From IMG/VR virus record IMGVR_UViG_3300031694_000009, positions 1 to 53,827 of that record: DNA of 53,827 nucleotides, one strand, 5' to 3'. A model generated the notes under the pieces. It did no database searches, had not been told where the DNA came from, and was given only the letters and a program-made list of their open reading frames with translations. The position numbers and the translations under genes are program-made. Every line of letters begins with the position of its first letter. Position 1 is the stretch's first letter. Positions 27,521-36,755 of the stretch are shown here, in pieces. The DNA is from a virus (taxonomy: Duplodnaviria; Caudoviricetes).

Positions 27521-29446
27521 ATGCCCCTTACTAAGTTACAGTTCCGACCGGGAGTAAACCGAGAGACCACTTCGTATTCAAACGAAGGGGGTTGGTACGA
27601 CTGTGACAAAGTGAGATTCCGGTTCGGCACCCCTGAAAAGATAGGCGGATGGGAGAAACTATCCAACAAAAGCTTTTTAGGAACAGCCCGTGCACTTCAC
27701 CCGTTTGTTGCTTTAGACGGCAGCGGCTACATAGGTGTCGGAACTCACCTCAAGTATTACATTGAGGAGGGCGGGGGCTATGCCGATATAACCCCTATAC
27801 GCGAAGTAACTGCCGCGGGCGACGTCACGTTTTCCGCGGCCAACGGCTCATCTACTCTCACCATAACAGACGCTGATCACGGGGCTACTGAGAACGATTT
27901 CGTTACGTTTTCAGGCGCTGTGTCATTAGGCGGTGTCATCACTGCCGTAGTGTTGAACCAAGAATACCAAATTGTAGGCGTTCCAAGCACGGACACCTTC
28001 ACTATTGTCGCCAGAGAAGTGGGCACGACGGACAGCATCACCGTCGACGGGCAATACACCCCTGTCCCGGTCGTAGCAAACGGGTCAGACACCGGGAACG
28101 GTGGTGGTTCTGTTGTAGGGGAATACCAAATTGTAACGGGCTTGGACACAACCGTTTCCGGAACAGGTTGGGGAGCAGGATTGTGGGGCCGTGGCACGTG
28201 GGGCTCAGGTTCTAGCCTTACAGTGGTTGGCGACATCCTGCGTATCTGGTCTAACGACAACTTCGGTGAAGATTTAATAATTAACGTCCGCAATGGTGGT
28301 ATCTACTATTGGGATAAATCAACCAGCTCGGCTCCCTTTGAGCGGGCCGTGGCGCTTTCCTCGTTAGCGGGAGCTGACTCCACAACGCCAACGATAGCCA
28401 AACAGGTCTTAATTTCAGATCGCGACAGGCACGTTATTGTGTTTGGGTGCGATGCTCAGAATGATATTGGCGTCCAAGACCCTCTTTTGATCCGTTTTTC
28501 AGACCAAGAAAACCCCTTAGCGTGGTCGGCGCAAGCTACTAACACCGCAGGCGATCTACGTATTGGTACCGGTTCCGAGATTATCATGGCGGTTGAAACA
28601 CGCCAGCAAATTCTTGTGTTCACAGACCGCTCGCTACACGCGATGCAGTACTTAGGCCCTCCTTTCACCTTTGGTATTAGTTTAATATCTGAAAACATCA
28701 CCATTGCCAGCCCGCTTTCAGCGGTGGCTGTAGACGACATGGTGTTTTGGATGGGTGACGAGGACTTTTACCTGTACTCAGGACAGGTGCAAAAATTACC
28801 TTGTTCGGTAAGATCCTATGTTTTTGGAGACTTTAACCTTTCTCAGTCGGAAAAAGTAACCTGCGGCGTAAACTCTAGCTTTTCGGAAGTATGGTGGTTT
28901 TACCCCTCCGCAAGTTCAGAAACCATTGACAAATACGTTATTTACAACTACCAAGAGAAGGCGTGGTACTACGGTAACCTCGACCGGTCCGTTTGGGTGG
29001 ACCGCGGGATAGCGCAATACCCTGTTGCTGCCTCTTTAAACGGGTATTTGTACTACCATGAATTTGGACAAGATGACGGGAGTGCTAATCCACCCGCGGC
29101 CATCGCTTCTTATATTGAAAGTAGTCAGATGTCGATTGGTGCAGGAGACAATTTCGTCTTTTTAACCAAATTGATCCCAGATATCACGTTTGACGGGTCT
29201 AGTTCGCCTTCACCGTCCGTATCAATGACATTAGAAGCAAGACAATTCCCCGGGACAGCGTATACTAGTACCCAAAGCAACACGGTAACCCGATCTGCAA
29301 CTGTTCCGGTTGAACAATTTACGGACCAAGTTTTTGTTAGATTACGGGGCCGGTCTTTTGCTTTTAAGATTAATTCTTCAGACACTGGAGTGGAATGGCG
29401 TTTAGGCACACCGCGGGTTGATTTAAGACCGGACGGCCGACGATGA
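27521..29446 (+). CDS. tail nozzle/stabilisation protein (P22 gp10-like role)
   Basis: LQFRPGVNRETT...LLIRFSDQE...RLRGR...PDGRR; beta-propeller-like. Confidence 0.7.
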   Translation: MPLTKLQFRPGVNRETTSYSNEGGWYDCDKVRFRFGTPEKIGGWEKLSNKSFLGTARALHPFVALDGSGYIGVGTHLKYYIEEGGGYADITPIREVTAAGDVTFSAANGSSTLTITDADHGATENDFVTFSGAVSLGGVITAVVLNQEYQIVGVPSTDTFTIVAREVGTTDSITVDGQYTPVPVVANGSDTGNGGGSVVGEYQIVTGLDTTVSGTGWGAGLWGRGTWGSGSSLTVVGDILRIWSNDNFGEDLIINVRNGGIYYWDKSTSSAPFERAVALSSLAGADSTTPTIAKQVLISDRDRHVIVFGCDAQNDIGVQDPLLIRFSDQENPLAWSAQATNTAGDLRIGTGSEIIMAVETRQQILVFTDRSLHAMQYLGPPFTFGISLISENITIASPLSAVAVDDMVFWMGDEDFYLYSGQVQKLPCSVRSYVFGDFNLSQSEKVTCGVNSSFSEVWWFYPSASSETIDKYVIYNYQEKAWYYGNLDRSVWVDRGIAQYPVAASLNGYLYYHEFGQDDGSANPPAAIASYIESSQMSIGAGDNFVFLTKLIPDITFDGSSSPSPSVSMTLEARQFPGTAYTSTQSNTVTRSATVPVEQFTDQVFVRLRGRSFAFKINSSDTGVEWRLGTPRVDLRPDGRR

Positions 29447-29739
29447 GTAGGGGGCTAGTACAACCTTTATTCCCAATTCCACCTGAGGCCTATGACCAAC
29501 GCTATCAAGCCGAGGTAATGCGCGCCTTTTCAGTGTTTCTGCTACAGGTGAACAATCCGGGACCTTGGCAAGCCTCTGCGCTAACACTGCCGAACCTGCA
29601 AACAGACAACTATGATCTTCCGCTAGGCGGTATTTTTCAGTATGGTGATGAGTTACGAATTACAGTGGCCAACTTACCCTACGTCAGAGGATCTCAAGCA
29701 ACGGGGGACGTGGGTCAAACCACAGTAACGATAACATGA
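29443..29739 (+). CDS. tail-associated protein
   Basis: 98 aa; coupled on both sides. Confidence 0.7.
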   Translation: MSRGLVQPLFPIPPEAYDQRYQAEVMRAFSVFLLQVNNPGPWQASALTLPNLQTDNYDLPLGGIFQYGDELRITVANLPYVRGSQATGDVGQTTVTIT

Positions 29740-29885
29740 CTATTTTAATAATGCCTGACGGCAGCCGATGGGACTCTTCTAGCACGGACATCATCATTTG
29801 CTGTTCTTCGTGGACTGGCGAAGAGAAGCAAAGTACAATCATACGGGTGACCTTGCCTGAAAGTATTACTGGTGGAGCAGGATAA
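29736..29885 (+). CDS. 49-aa protein (MTILIMPDGSRW...TLPESITGGAG), below cutoff
   Basis: Hand translation; ATGA and TAATG overlaps at both ends. Confidence 0.6.
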   Translation: MTILIMPDGSRWDSSSTDIIICCSSWTGEEKQSTIIRVTLPESITGGAG

Positions 29886-31738
29886 TGACAGCATTAGCAG
29901 AAAAGATTGAAGTAATCGTTAAAGAGCCGGAAGTAACCATTGAAGCGACTGACGTTGTCGAGGACAAGACTGACGACGAAATAGACACCTCCGTGGAGCT
30001 AGAAGTTCCGGAAGGTGGTATCGGTGGTTTTGTCATGTCGGAAGAAGACATCTCAACTCTTGAGGCGGAAGAAGCCAAGAAAGAATTCGGCGATGGTGGT
30101 TTGGCACAGTTCACGGCGGTTGCTAAAAAGATGGCGGGCCACGGTCGCTTTGGCGATGACAGTGTTGCACACATACAAACGGGGGAAATTGTTATCCCTC
30201 TAACGCTTCTCGAAAGCAATCCCAAACTAAAAGAACAGATTTTAAAGCAATTACTCGAGGACGGCATCGAAGACCCGGAACAGTACGTTGTGGGTAGTGA
30301 CGCCAACAGTATTAACCCTGAGACGGGATTAATGGAGTTTGGCGCCATTTCCAAGATCCTGAGGGGTATTGCTAAGGTTATCAAGAAAGTTATTCCAATC
30401 GTCCTGCCTATCCTACTGGCTATGACGCCGCTGGGACCGATTTACGGTGCGGCGTTGGGCTCTGGTATCGGAACGCTCATAAATGGCGGTGATCTTGGGG
30501 ACGCCTTCAAGTCCGCCCTTATTGCGGGCGCGATGGGCGCCGCAACCACCGGCCTTACCGGCGGCGACGTGGGGGAAGCTTTCGCTGACCCCGGTGCCCG
30601 CTTTGGGCAAACACTGGAAGGTGCTAACTCGAGCTTTTCGGGTGCGGGCTGGAAAGGCGAGGGTAACTTATTCAGTGATTATGTTCCAACCGCCTCCGCA
30701 GAAATTGTAAATGCAACGGCAGGCGCAAGCCCCACCCCATTGGACTCTGCTGCAGTAATTCCGGAGGCCCCTGTTGTGGGCACGGGGCCCGCCGCTCCTG
30801 TTGAACCCTTGGGAACAGCCACCACGCCTGACGGAGCCGTCGTAACAGGTGGTGAAGGTACGACTCTTACGCCTATTGTGGACCCGCTGGTGGACCCACT
30901 TGCGGGGACTACGACTCTTACGCCTGCTGTGGATCCCGTTACGGGCATTAAGACCCTTACGCCTCCCGTGGACATAGAGCAGTCCGTACTCGATAAGGCA
31001 GGCAATTTCATGTTCCGCGGTGGTCAAAGCAAAGCTGAATTACTCGCCGCCGGAACTAAGTCGCAAAACGCCTACATGGCAAGTATGAAGGCGCAAGGCC
31101 TAAGGCCTACCGAAATGGGCTTTAACGCCGCATTCCAACGGACGCAACCCGGGTTGCTTGCTCGGTATGGGCCTTCCCTCGCGGCGGCTTCCGCCGTCGG
31201 CGCCGCGACAGGAGCCTTCGACGACCCCAACGAGGGTGGAGCGTCGATCTTGGATCTTAACGCCGACGGTAGTGTGGTCACAGGTGTTGACCTTCTGGCT
31301 GCCGACCCTTCTAAATATTTAGTTCATGACCTCGGGGCTTCTCGTTTAAACGTAGAAACCGGGGAATATGAAGACGTTGCGCCCGAGTCCGATGATACCG
31401 ATTACAGCGTATCCACCAACTTCCCTATGACGTATACTAAACCGTCCGTCATTTCACCCTCGGATTACCTGCTTGCCAGTGACCCCGACGGTCCTTTCTC
31501 ACGTCCTTATGTGCAGAAGGCAGACGGCGGTCCTATCTACCCGCGCCGTAATGGCGGCGTAGCACCGAGTGAAGGTGTTCCGGGACAAGACAGCGTCCGA
31601 GCAATGTTAATGCCCGGTGAGTTCGTAATGACCACCGATGCAGTACGAGGCTTGGGTAAAGGAAACCTAGATAACGGTATCAAGAGCATGTATTCTGTCA
31701 TGCGAAATCTTGAAAGCCGTGGGAGGGCTATAGCGTAA
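29885..31738 (+). CDS. internal virion/ejection protein
   Basis: GRFGDDSVAH..GE...INPETGLMEF and DSVRAML..GEFVMT..AVRG motifs; hydrophobic Gly-rich segment. Confidence 0.7.
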   Translation: MTALAEKIEVIVKEPEVTIEATDVVEDKTDDEIDTSVELEVPEGGIGGFVMSEEDISTLEAEEAKKEFGDGGLAQFTAVAKKMAGHGRFGDDSVAHIQTGEIVIPLTLLESNPKLKEQILKQLLEDGIEDPEQYVVGSDANSINPETGLMEFGAISKILRGIAKVIKKVIPIVLPILLAMTPLGPIYGAALGSGIGTLINGGDLGDAFKSALIAGAMGAATTGLTGGDVGEAFADPGARFGQTLEGANSSFSGAGWKGEGNLFSDYVPTASAEIVNATAGASPTPLDSAAVIPEAPVVGTGPAAPVEPLGTATTPDGAVVTGGEGTTLTPIVDPLVDPLAGTTTLTPAVDPVTGIKTLTPPVDIEQSVLDKAGNFMFRGGQSKAELLAAGTKSQNAYMASMKAQGLRPTEMGFNAAFQRTQPGLLARYGPSLAAASAVGAATGAFDDPNEGGASILDLNADGSVVTGVDLLAADPSKYLVHDLGASRLNVETGEYEDVAPESDDTDYSVSTNFPMTYTKPSVISPSDYLLASDPDGPFSRPYVQKADGGPIYPRRNGGVAPSEGVPGQDSVRAMLMPGEFVMTTDAVRGLGKGNLDNGIKSMYSVMRNLESRGRAIA

Positions 31739-34425
31739 TGGCTGAAACATCAACCCAGATTATACGGGAATCCCCCGAGATTGAGGCAGCCAAGCTAGGC
31801 CTCTTAGCTTCGGCTAAACAACTTGCAGACAAAGGTATTCAGATACCGGCGCATATGGTCGCCGAAATGTCGGGGATGCAGCTTACTGCAATCGATATGG
31901 CGAAAGCGGGTATAGGTGGTTATCAGCCTTACTTAGAGGAAGCTGGTTATACTTTAGGTGACGCCTACGAATCGATTAACAGTGTCATGCCCAATGCGGA
32001 AGCGTACCAAGACGAGGCGGGCGGTTTAATGCGCGATGCCGCGGGCGGCGTTGCAGGACAAGTGCAGGGCGCTCAAGAAGGCATACAAAACGCAGTAAAT
32101 TATGGTGGCGCCGCTACTGGAATAGCCACCGAGGGCCTAGGAACGGCTGCCGCTGGCGCACGGGCCGAGGCCCGTGCAGGACAGGCCGCTTTAAATAACG
32201 CCTCGGGACAGATCCCGGGCGTCGTGGGCACCGCACAACAGAGTACTGACGCCGCGTTGGCTCAAGCACAACAAGCGATGGCCGCGGCGGGACAAACCGG
32301 TGTTGGCACAACGCTGGGTGAAAGTTTAGCAGAATCCAGTGCCGCGGGCCGAGGCTCAGCGTCGCAAGCAGGTGATGCGGCTTTAAATGCTGCCGCCAAC
32401 TCACAGGCGGGTATGAATGCTGCCAGTGCGCTCGCAGCACAGCAATCCGCCACAGGACAAACCGGACTAAACGCTGCCGCGCAAGGCGCGTTATCTGGAC
32501 GAAACATAGCAGGTCAAGCAGGTGCCGGAACAGCCGGGGCTATCAATGCAGCACGAAATGCTGCCGCAGGCGGTTCAGGTGCACTAGCACAGGCGGGGCT
32601 TAGTGGGGCGGATATTGCGGCGCAAGCTGGATTAGGTGCTCGATTAGGTGCCGCTCAAACAGGTTCAAACATTGCCTCCTCGACGGACGCAGCACGGGCC
32701 GCGGCACAAGCGTCAGGTGTGGGCGGTATCGGTGCTTATGAAGCCGCTGCCAACCAAACTGCAGGTGCTGTCCAAGGTGCTCGTGGAATCACAAATACAG
32801 CCGCGAGCGCTTTGCAACAAGCAGGCGCATTTGGCACACAAACGGCCCAACAGGGTATTGCAGGTTTAGCGGGCACGACTGCCGCATATGATCCTGCCAG
32901 TGCAGGTTCTTACATGAATCAGTACGAAGATGGGGCGGTTCAGCAGGCGTTAGCCGATGTTCAACGTGCCGGGGACATACAACAACTTGGTTTGGACGCA
33001 CAAGCAGTAAGCTCTGGCGCCTTTGGCGGGGCTCGCCAAGGCGTTGCGCAGGGCGAGTTGACTCGAAATGTTCTGGAGCAACAAGGTCGCACGGCGGCTG
33101 GCATGCGTCAGCAAGGTTTTGAAAGCGCGTCTCAAAGGGCTCAACAAGCTTTTGAATCCCAACAAGGTCGTAGTCAGCAAGCCGCACAGCTTACTGGCGC
33201 TATTGGTGCGCAAGGTGCTCAATCTGGTATTGCCGCAGCAACCGCTGCAGGTCAATTAGGACTATCTGCCGAACAATTAGCCGCTCAAACTGCGCAACAG
33301 CAGGGCCAGTTAGGCTTATCTGCCTATTCACAGCAGGGTCAGCAAGCTATGAGTGCCGAGCAGTTGGCGCAAGCGGGCGCAATGAATGCCGGGAATTTAT
33401 CTCAATCCGCCGAGCAGTTGGCAGGGCAGCTTGGGATGACGGGTGCTCAGTTACAAGGTCAGTTGGCAGGGCAAGCCGCTCAAATGGGTATTTCAGTTGA
33501 GCAGTTGGCGGGTCAGTTGACTCAACAGCAGGCCGCAACCGGGATGTCCGCGGAGCAGCTCATTGCTCAGTCGGGACTAACGGCAGCACAGCAAGGGTCC
33601 CAGTTAGGTATGTCCGCCGCTCAAATGGGCCAAGCAGGCTACCAAGCCGGGGGTCAAATGGGTATAAATGCCGCTCAAATATCAGGTCAGTTAGGCATGT
33701 CTGCCGAACAGATGGCCGCGGCCAACGCACAAGCTCTTGCCCAAACAGGCATGAATTTACAGCAGCTTCAAACACAAACAGGTATGTCGGCGGCTCAATT
33801 AAGTGGCCAGCTAAGCGGACAAATGGGACAGTTAGGTATGTCCGGAGCGGCGCAACAGGCCAGTATGGCACAACAGGCCGCTCAAATGGGCATCTCTGTC
33901 GAGCAATTGGCCGGGCAACTTGCAGGACAAGCCGGTTCGCTCGGTCAAAACCAAGCGCAGCTAGGTATGCAAGGTTCTCAACAGGCGGGTGCGTTGGGTA
34001 TGCAGGGCCAAGAACTGAAAGGCCGGATCGGTGAAGGTATCGGAGCTCTCGGAAATACATACGGGCAGCTTGGGCTGGCACAGGGTGAAGCTATGAGCCA
34101 ATTGGGCCTACGCCAAGGTGCACTTGGCGAACTTGCCCAGAACCTAGGGCAGAAAGATGCAGGCTTCGTGTTCGACATGGGCAAGCAACAGCAAGGCCAG
34201 CAGCAAGCTGAACTGGAAGCACAACGTCAAACAGAAATGGCGCGACTTTATGAACCATATCAACGTGTCGGGTTCTTATCCGATATTTACAAAGGTGCCC
34301 CGAGTAGTCAGATGGCCATAACAGCCGCCTCCACTCCGAGCACTTCAACTGCCCAACAAATTCTGGGCTTGGGCGTAGCAGGGTTGTCCGCAGCCGCCGG
34401 CGCTCAAAAAGCGGGGTTATTTTAA
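31738..34425 (+). CDS. Gly/Ala/Gln-rich internal virion (DNA ejection) protein
   Basis: YMNQY, GAFGGARQ, GQLGMSAEQL repeats, hydrophobic C-terminus. Confidence 0.75.
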   Translation: MAETSTQIIRESPEIEAAKLGLLASAKQLADKGIQIPAHMVAEMSGMQLTAIDMAKAGIGGYQPYLEEAGYTLGDAYESINSVMPNAEAYQDEAGGLMRDAAGGVAGQVQGAQEGIQNAVNYGGAATGIATEGLGTAAAGARAEARAGQAALNNASGQIPGVVGTAQQSTDAALAQAQQAMAAAGQTGVGTTLGESLAESSAAGRGSASQAGDAALNAAANSQAGMNAASALAAQQSATGQTGLNAAAQGALSGRNIAGQAGAGTAGAINAARNAAAGGSGALAQAGLSGADIAAQAGLGARLGAAQTGSNIASSTDAARAAAQASGVGGIGAYEAAANQTAGAVQGARGITNTAASALQQAGAFGTQTAQQGIAGLAGTTAAYDPASAGSYMNQYEDGAVQQALADVQRAGDIQQLGLDAQAVSSGAFGGARQGVAQGELTRNVLEQQGRTAAGMRQQGFESASQRAQQAFESQQGRSQQAAQLTGAIGAQGAQSGIAAATAAGQLGLSAEQLAAQTAQQQGQLGLSAYSQQGQQAMSAEQLAQAGAMNAGNLSQSAEQLAGQLGMTGAQLQGQLAGQAAQMGISVEQLAGQLTQQQAATGMSAEQLIAQSGLTAAQQGSQLGMSAAQMGQAGYQAGGQMGINAAQISGQLGMSAEQMAAANAQALAQTGMNLQQLQTQTGMSAAQLSGQLSGQMGQLGMSGAAQQASMAQQAAQMGISVEQLAGQLAGQAGSLGQNQAQLGMQGSQQAGALGMQGQELKGRIGEGIGALGNTYGQLGLAQGEAMSQLGLRQGALGELAQNLGQKDAGFVFDMGKQQQGQQQAELEAQRQTEMARLYEPYQRVGFLSDIYKGAPSSQMAITAASTPSTSTAQQILGLGVAGLSAAAGAQKAGLF

Positions 34426-36752
34426 TGAATAGAGAAGTAATGGGGCGTCAAATGTTCGCCCAAGGTGGTCCAGCCTATCCAATGCAGGACGGTGGGATGG
34501 CCCCTATGGTCGCACCACAAGGCCCCGCGCCAACAATGCCCGGTATGCCGCCAGCAGAGATGGCGGGCGTCGACATGGACCAAGCGGCTCAAGCGGCAAT
34601 GGCAAAGGGGATAGACCCCGCTGTTCTGGAGGGTATGCTAGGTCAGTATTCCCAGCAGATAGACGACTTGAGCAACGCCGAGGACTACGAAACAGCCATT
34701 AACAGTATCCGCGGTGATCAATTCCCAATGGACGCTCGTTATGCCGAGCTGGCAGAAATAGTCGGCCCCGAAGACGCACAGTCTACCCCGGAGTCGGTAC
34801 TCACTTTGATACAACCTGTGTTGCAGATGGCCGCAGTCGATCAAGGCATCGGAGGCCTCGCGCAAGACGCGATGTCTGCGCCTATCGAAGGCGAGCTGGC
34901 CGGTGGCATTATGTCCACGGTCAATATGGGCGAGCCGGAGGGTCCAGCTCCTGTAAATTTTAACCAAGGCGGCGCGGTCCAGTATATGGCTCCGGGCGGT
35001 GTCGCCATGCCCCCCGTACCCGGTGCTGCCTTGAGTCCTTTGCACCAGAGGTTTAACGATCGACAGGGTTTATACAACAGTATTATTGGGCCGCCCTCTT
35101 ACGACGAAGCTGATATCGAAGAGGAACGGCGCATGAACCAAGCTCAGATGCTGTTTGACGTGGCGGGCACGGCCTTGGCCTTTGCTACCCCCGGCGATAG
35201 ACAGATGAGTGCAGCACAGCGGTTGGCACAAGCGGCCACCGAGACGCAGTTGTTTGACAAGATAGGCGCCCGTGCGGCAAGCCAACTTGCAACGGATCGA
35301 ACACGTAAGAAAGACACACGTGACGAGAAAATGAAAATAGATTTAATGGCTCTCCAAAGTGCGGAAACCATGTCACTGCAAGACTCAAAAAACCGAGCCA
35401 CGTCTTCGGCTAGAGTCCCAAAACCGCAGCAATTCCTGAATAAAAAGACCGGCGACACCGCGAAAGCTCTCGCGGGAACCACGAAGTACTATAAGCTTAT
35501 GGCGGACGATAACTTTTCGCTGGCCGGGAACGACTCCATAAAACCACCGTCGACGGATCGTATAACCCTTTACCACAGGGGCGATGACAAAACAATGTCC
35601 GTTTTGGCGTCTGACCCGAACATAGAGCACCTTACAAAACATGAGGGCTTTACCGTAGTAACCACTCCGTCGAGGGATTCACAACCTAAGCTTGATGCAC
35701 AGACCATTTTTGTTTCAGACGCAGACCGTTTAGCTGCTTATGGCGGTGGGTATCTGAACGCTACGGAAACCGCGCAGCTGGAACAGGTTATTGGTGAAAT
35801 GCAACTACCTACGACCACGACGGTCAATGGTAAAACAACTACTGTGGGGGCTAAACCCCTAAATAAGCAGCTATTAGATGCTATACGGGCCCGAAAAAAA
35901 GGCCGTTTTGATACAACTGATTTCGGTATCCCCGAAAAGCAAAAAACGGAACCCAGTGCGCTTCGAGTGATTGGTTCCTTGCGAAACCCTGACGGCACGG
36001 CTAATACAGGGGCTCAATTAACGGCTTTCCAAGATTATCGAAACACTAACACAGGCACCCTGAAAAGAGGGCTTCTGGATTCACCGGTGTTTAAGCAGAC
36101 GCTACTTAACGAGGGCGGGACAGTCGACCTGTCGTCAGAAGCGTGGCGAATGGTTCCTACTCAGATTTACAAGGCGGGCGTTAATTACGACATGGCACGT
36201 GGTTTATCTACGATCCCCGATCGAGTGGCCTCCGTCTTTAATGAAGTTCTACGAGACAGTGTCGGCGGGCGTGTTAGCGCAGAGGGTCTCATGATATACC
36301 AAGCGGACAACGACTTTAACGCGTTGAAAACCTTGACGATGGGTACTATCGCGGATGCGATAACCGACGACAGGGTGTTAAAAGTTGTTCAAGACCAGAT
36401 CATGGCAACCTTAAAGCCTGCCACAGACACGGGCGTCTTGATGTTTGACGCAAAAGCGAGAACCGCAATACAATCTGTGGCCGGGATCTTGGCTACTTCG
36501 TTAGACGAAAAAGTTGCAATATTGCCGGAATACGGCGGCAACCCACAATACTACTCGGACACAGAAATCAGAGACGCTAGAAAGGGCGCTACAAAACTGA
36601 GAAGCCTTCTTGCGGAGTATGTCCAATTTGGTGATCAGATGGATATGTTCTTGAGTGGAGAGCAAGGCGTTGGTGGCAGAGTGGGGGAACCTACCGTTCA
36701 GCAAAACCGTAACGTTCTTTACACCGAAGCCCAACGACAAACAGGAAACTAG
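34425..36752 (+). CDS. internal virion/ejection protein
   Basis: RQMFAQGG N-terminus; large, in the ejection cluster. Confidence 0.65.
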   Translation: MNREVMGRQMFAQGGPAYPMQDGGMAPMVAPQGPAPTMPGMPPAEMAGVDMDQAAQAAMAKGIDPAVLEGMLGQYSQQIDDLSNAEDYETAINSIRGDQFPMDARYAELAEIVGPEDAQSTPESVLTLIQPVLQMAAVDQGIGGLAQDAMSAPIEGELAGGIMSTVNMGEPEGPAPVNFNQGGAVQYMAPGGVAMPPVPGAALSPLHQRFNDRQGLYNSIIGPPSYDEADIEEERRMNQAQMLFDVAGTALAFATPGDRQMSAAQRLAQAATETQLFDKIGARAASQLATDRTRKKDTRDEKMKIDLMALQSAETMSLQDSKNRATSSARVPKPQQFLNKKTGDTAKALAGTTKYYKLMADDNFSLAGNDSIKPPSTDRITLYHRGDDKTMSVLASDPNIEHLTKHEGFTVVTTPSRDSQPKLDAQTIFVSDADRLAAYGGGYLNATETAQLEQVIGEMQLPTTTTVNGKTTTVGAKPLNKQLLDAIRARKKGRFDTTDFGIPEKQKTEPSALRVIGSLRNPDGTANTGAQLTAFQDYRNTNTGTLKRGLLDSPVFKQTLLNEGGTVDLSSEAWRMVPTQIYKAGVNYDMARGLSTIPDRVASVFNEVLRDSVGGRVSAEGLMIYQADNDFNALKTLTMGTIADAITDDRVLKVVQDQIMATLKPATDTGVLMFDAKARTAIQSVAGILATSLDEKVAILPEYGGNPQYYSDTEIRDARKGATKLRSLLAEYVQFGDQMDMFLSGEQGVGGRVGEPTVQQNRNVLYTEAQRQTGN

Positions 36753-36755
36753 CAA

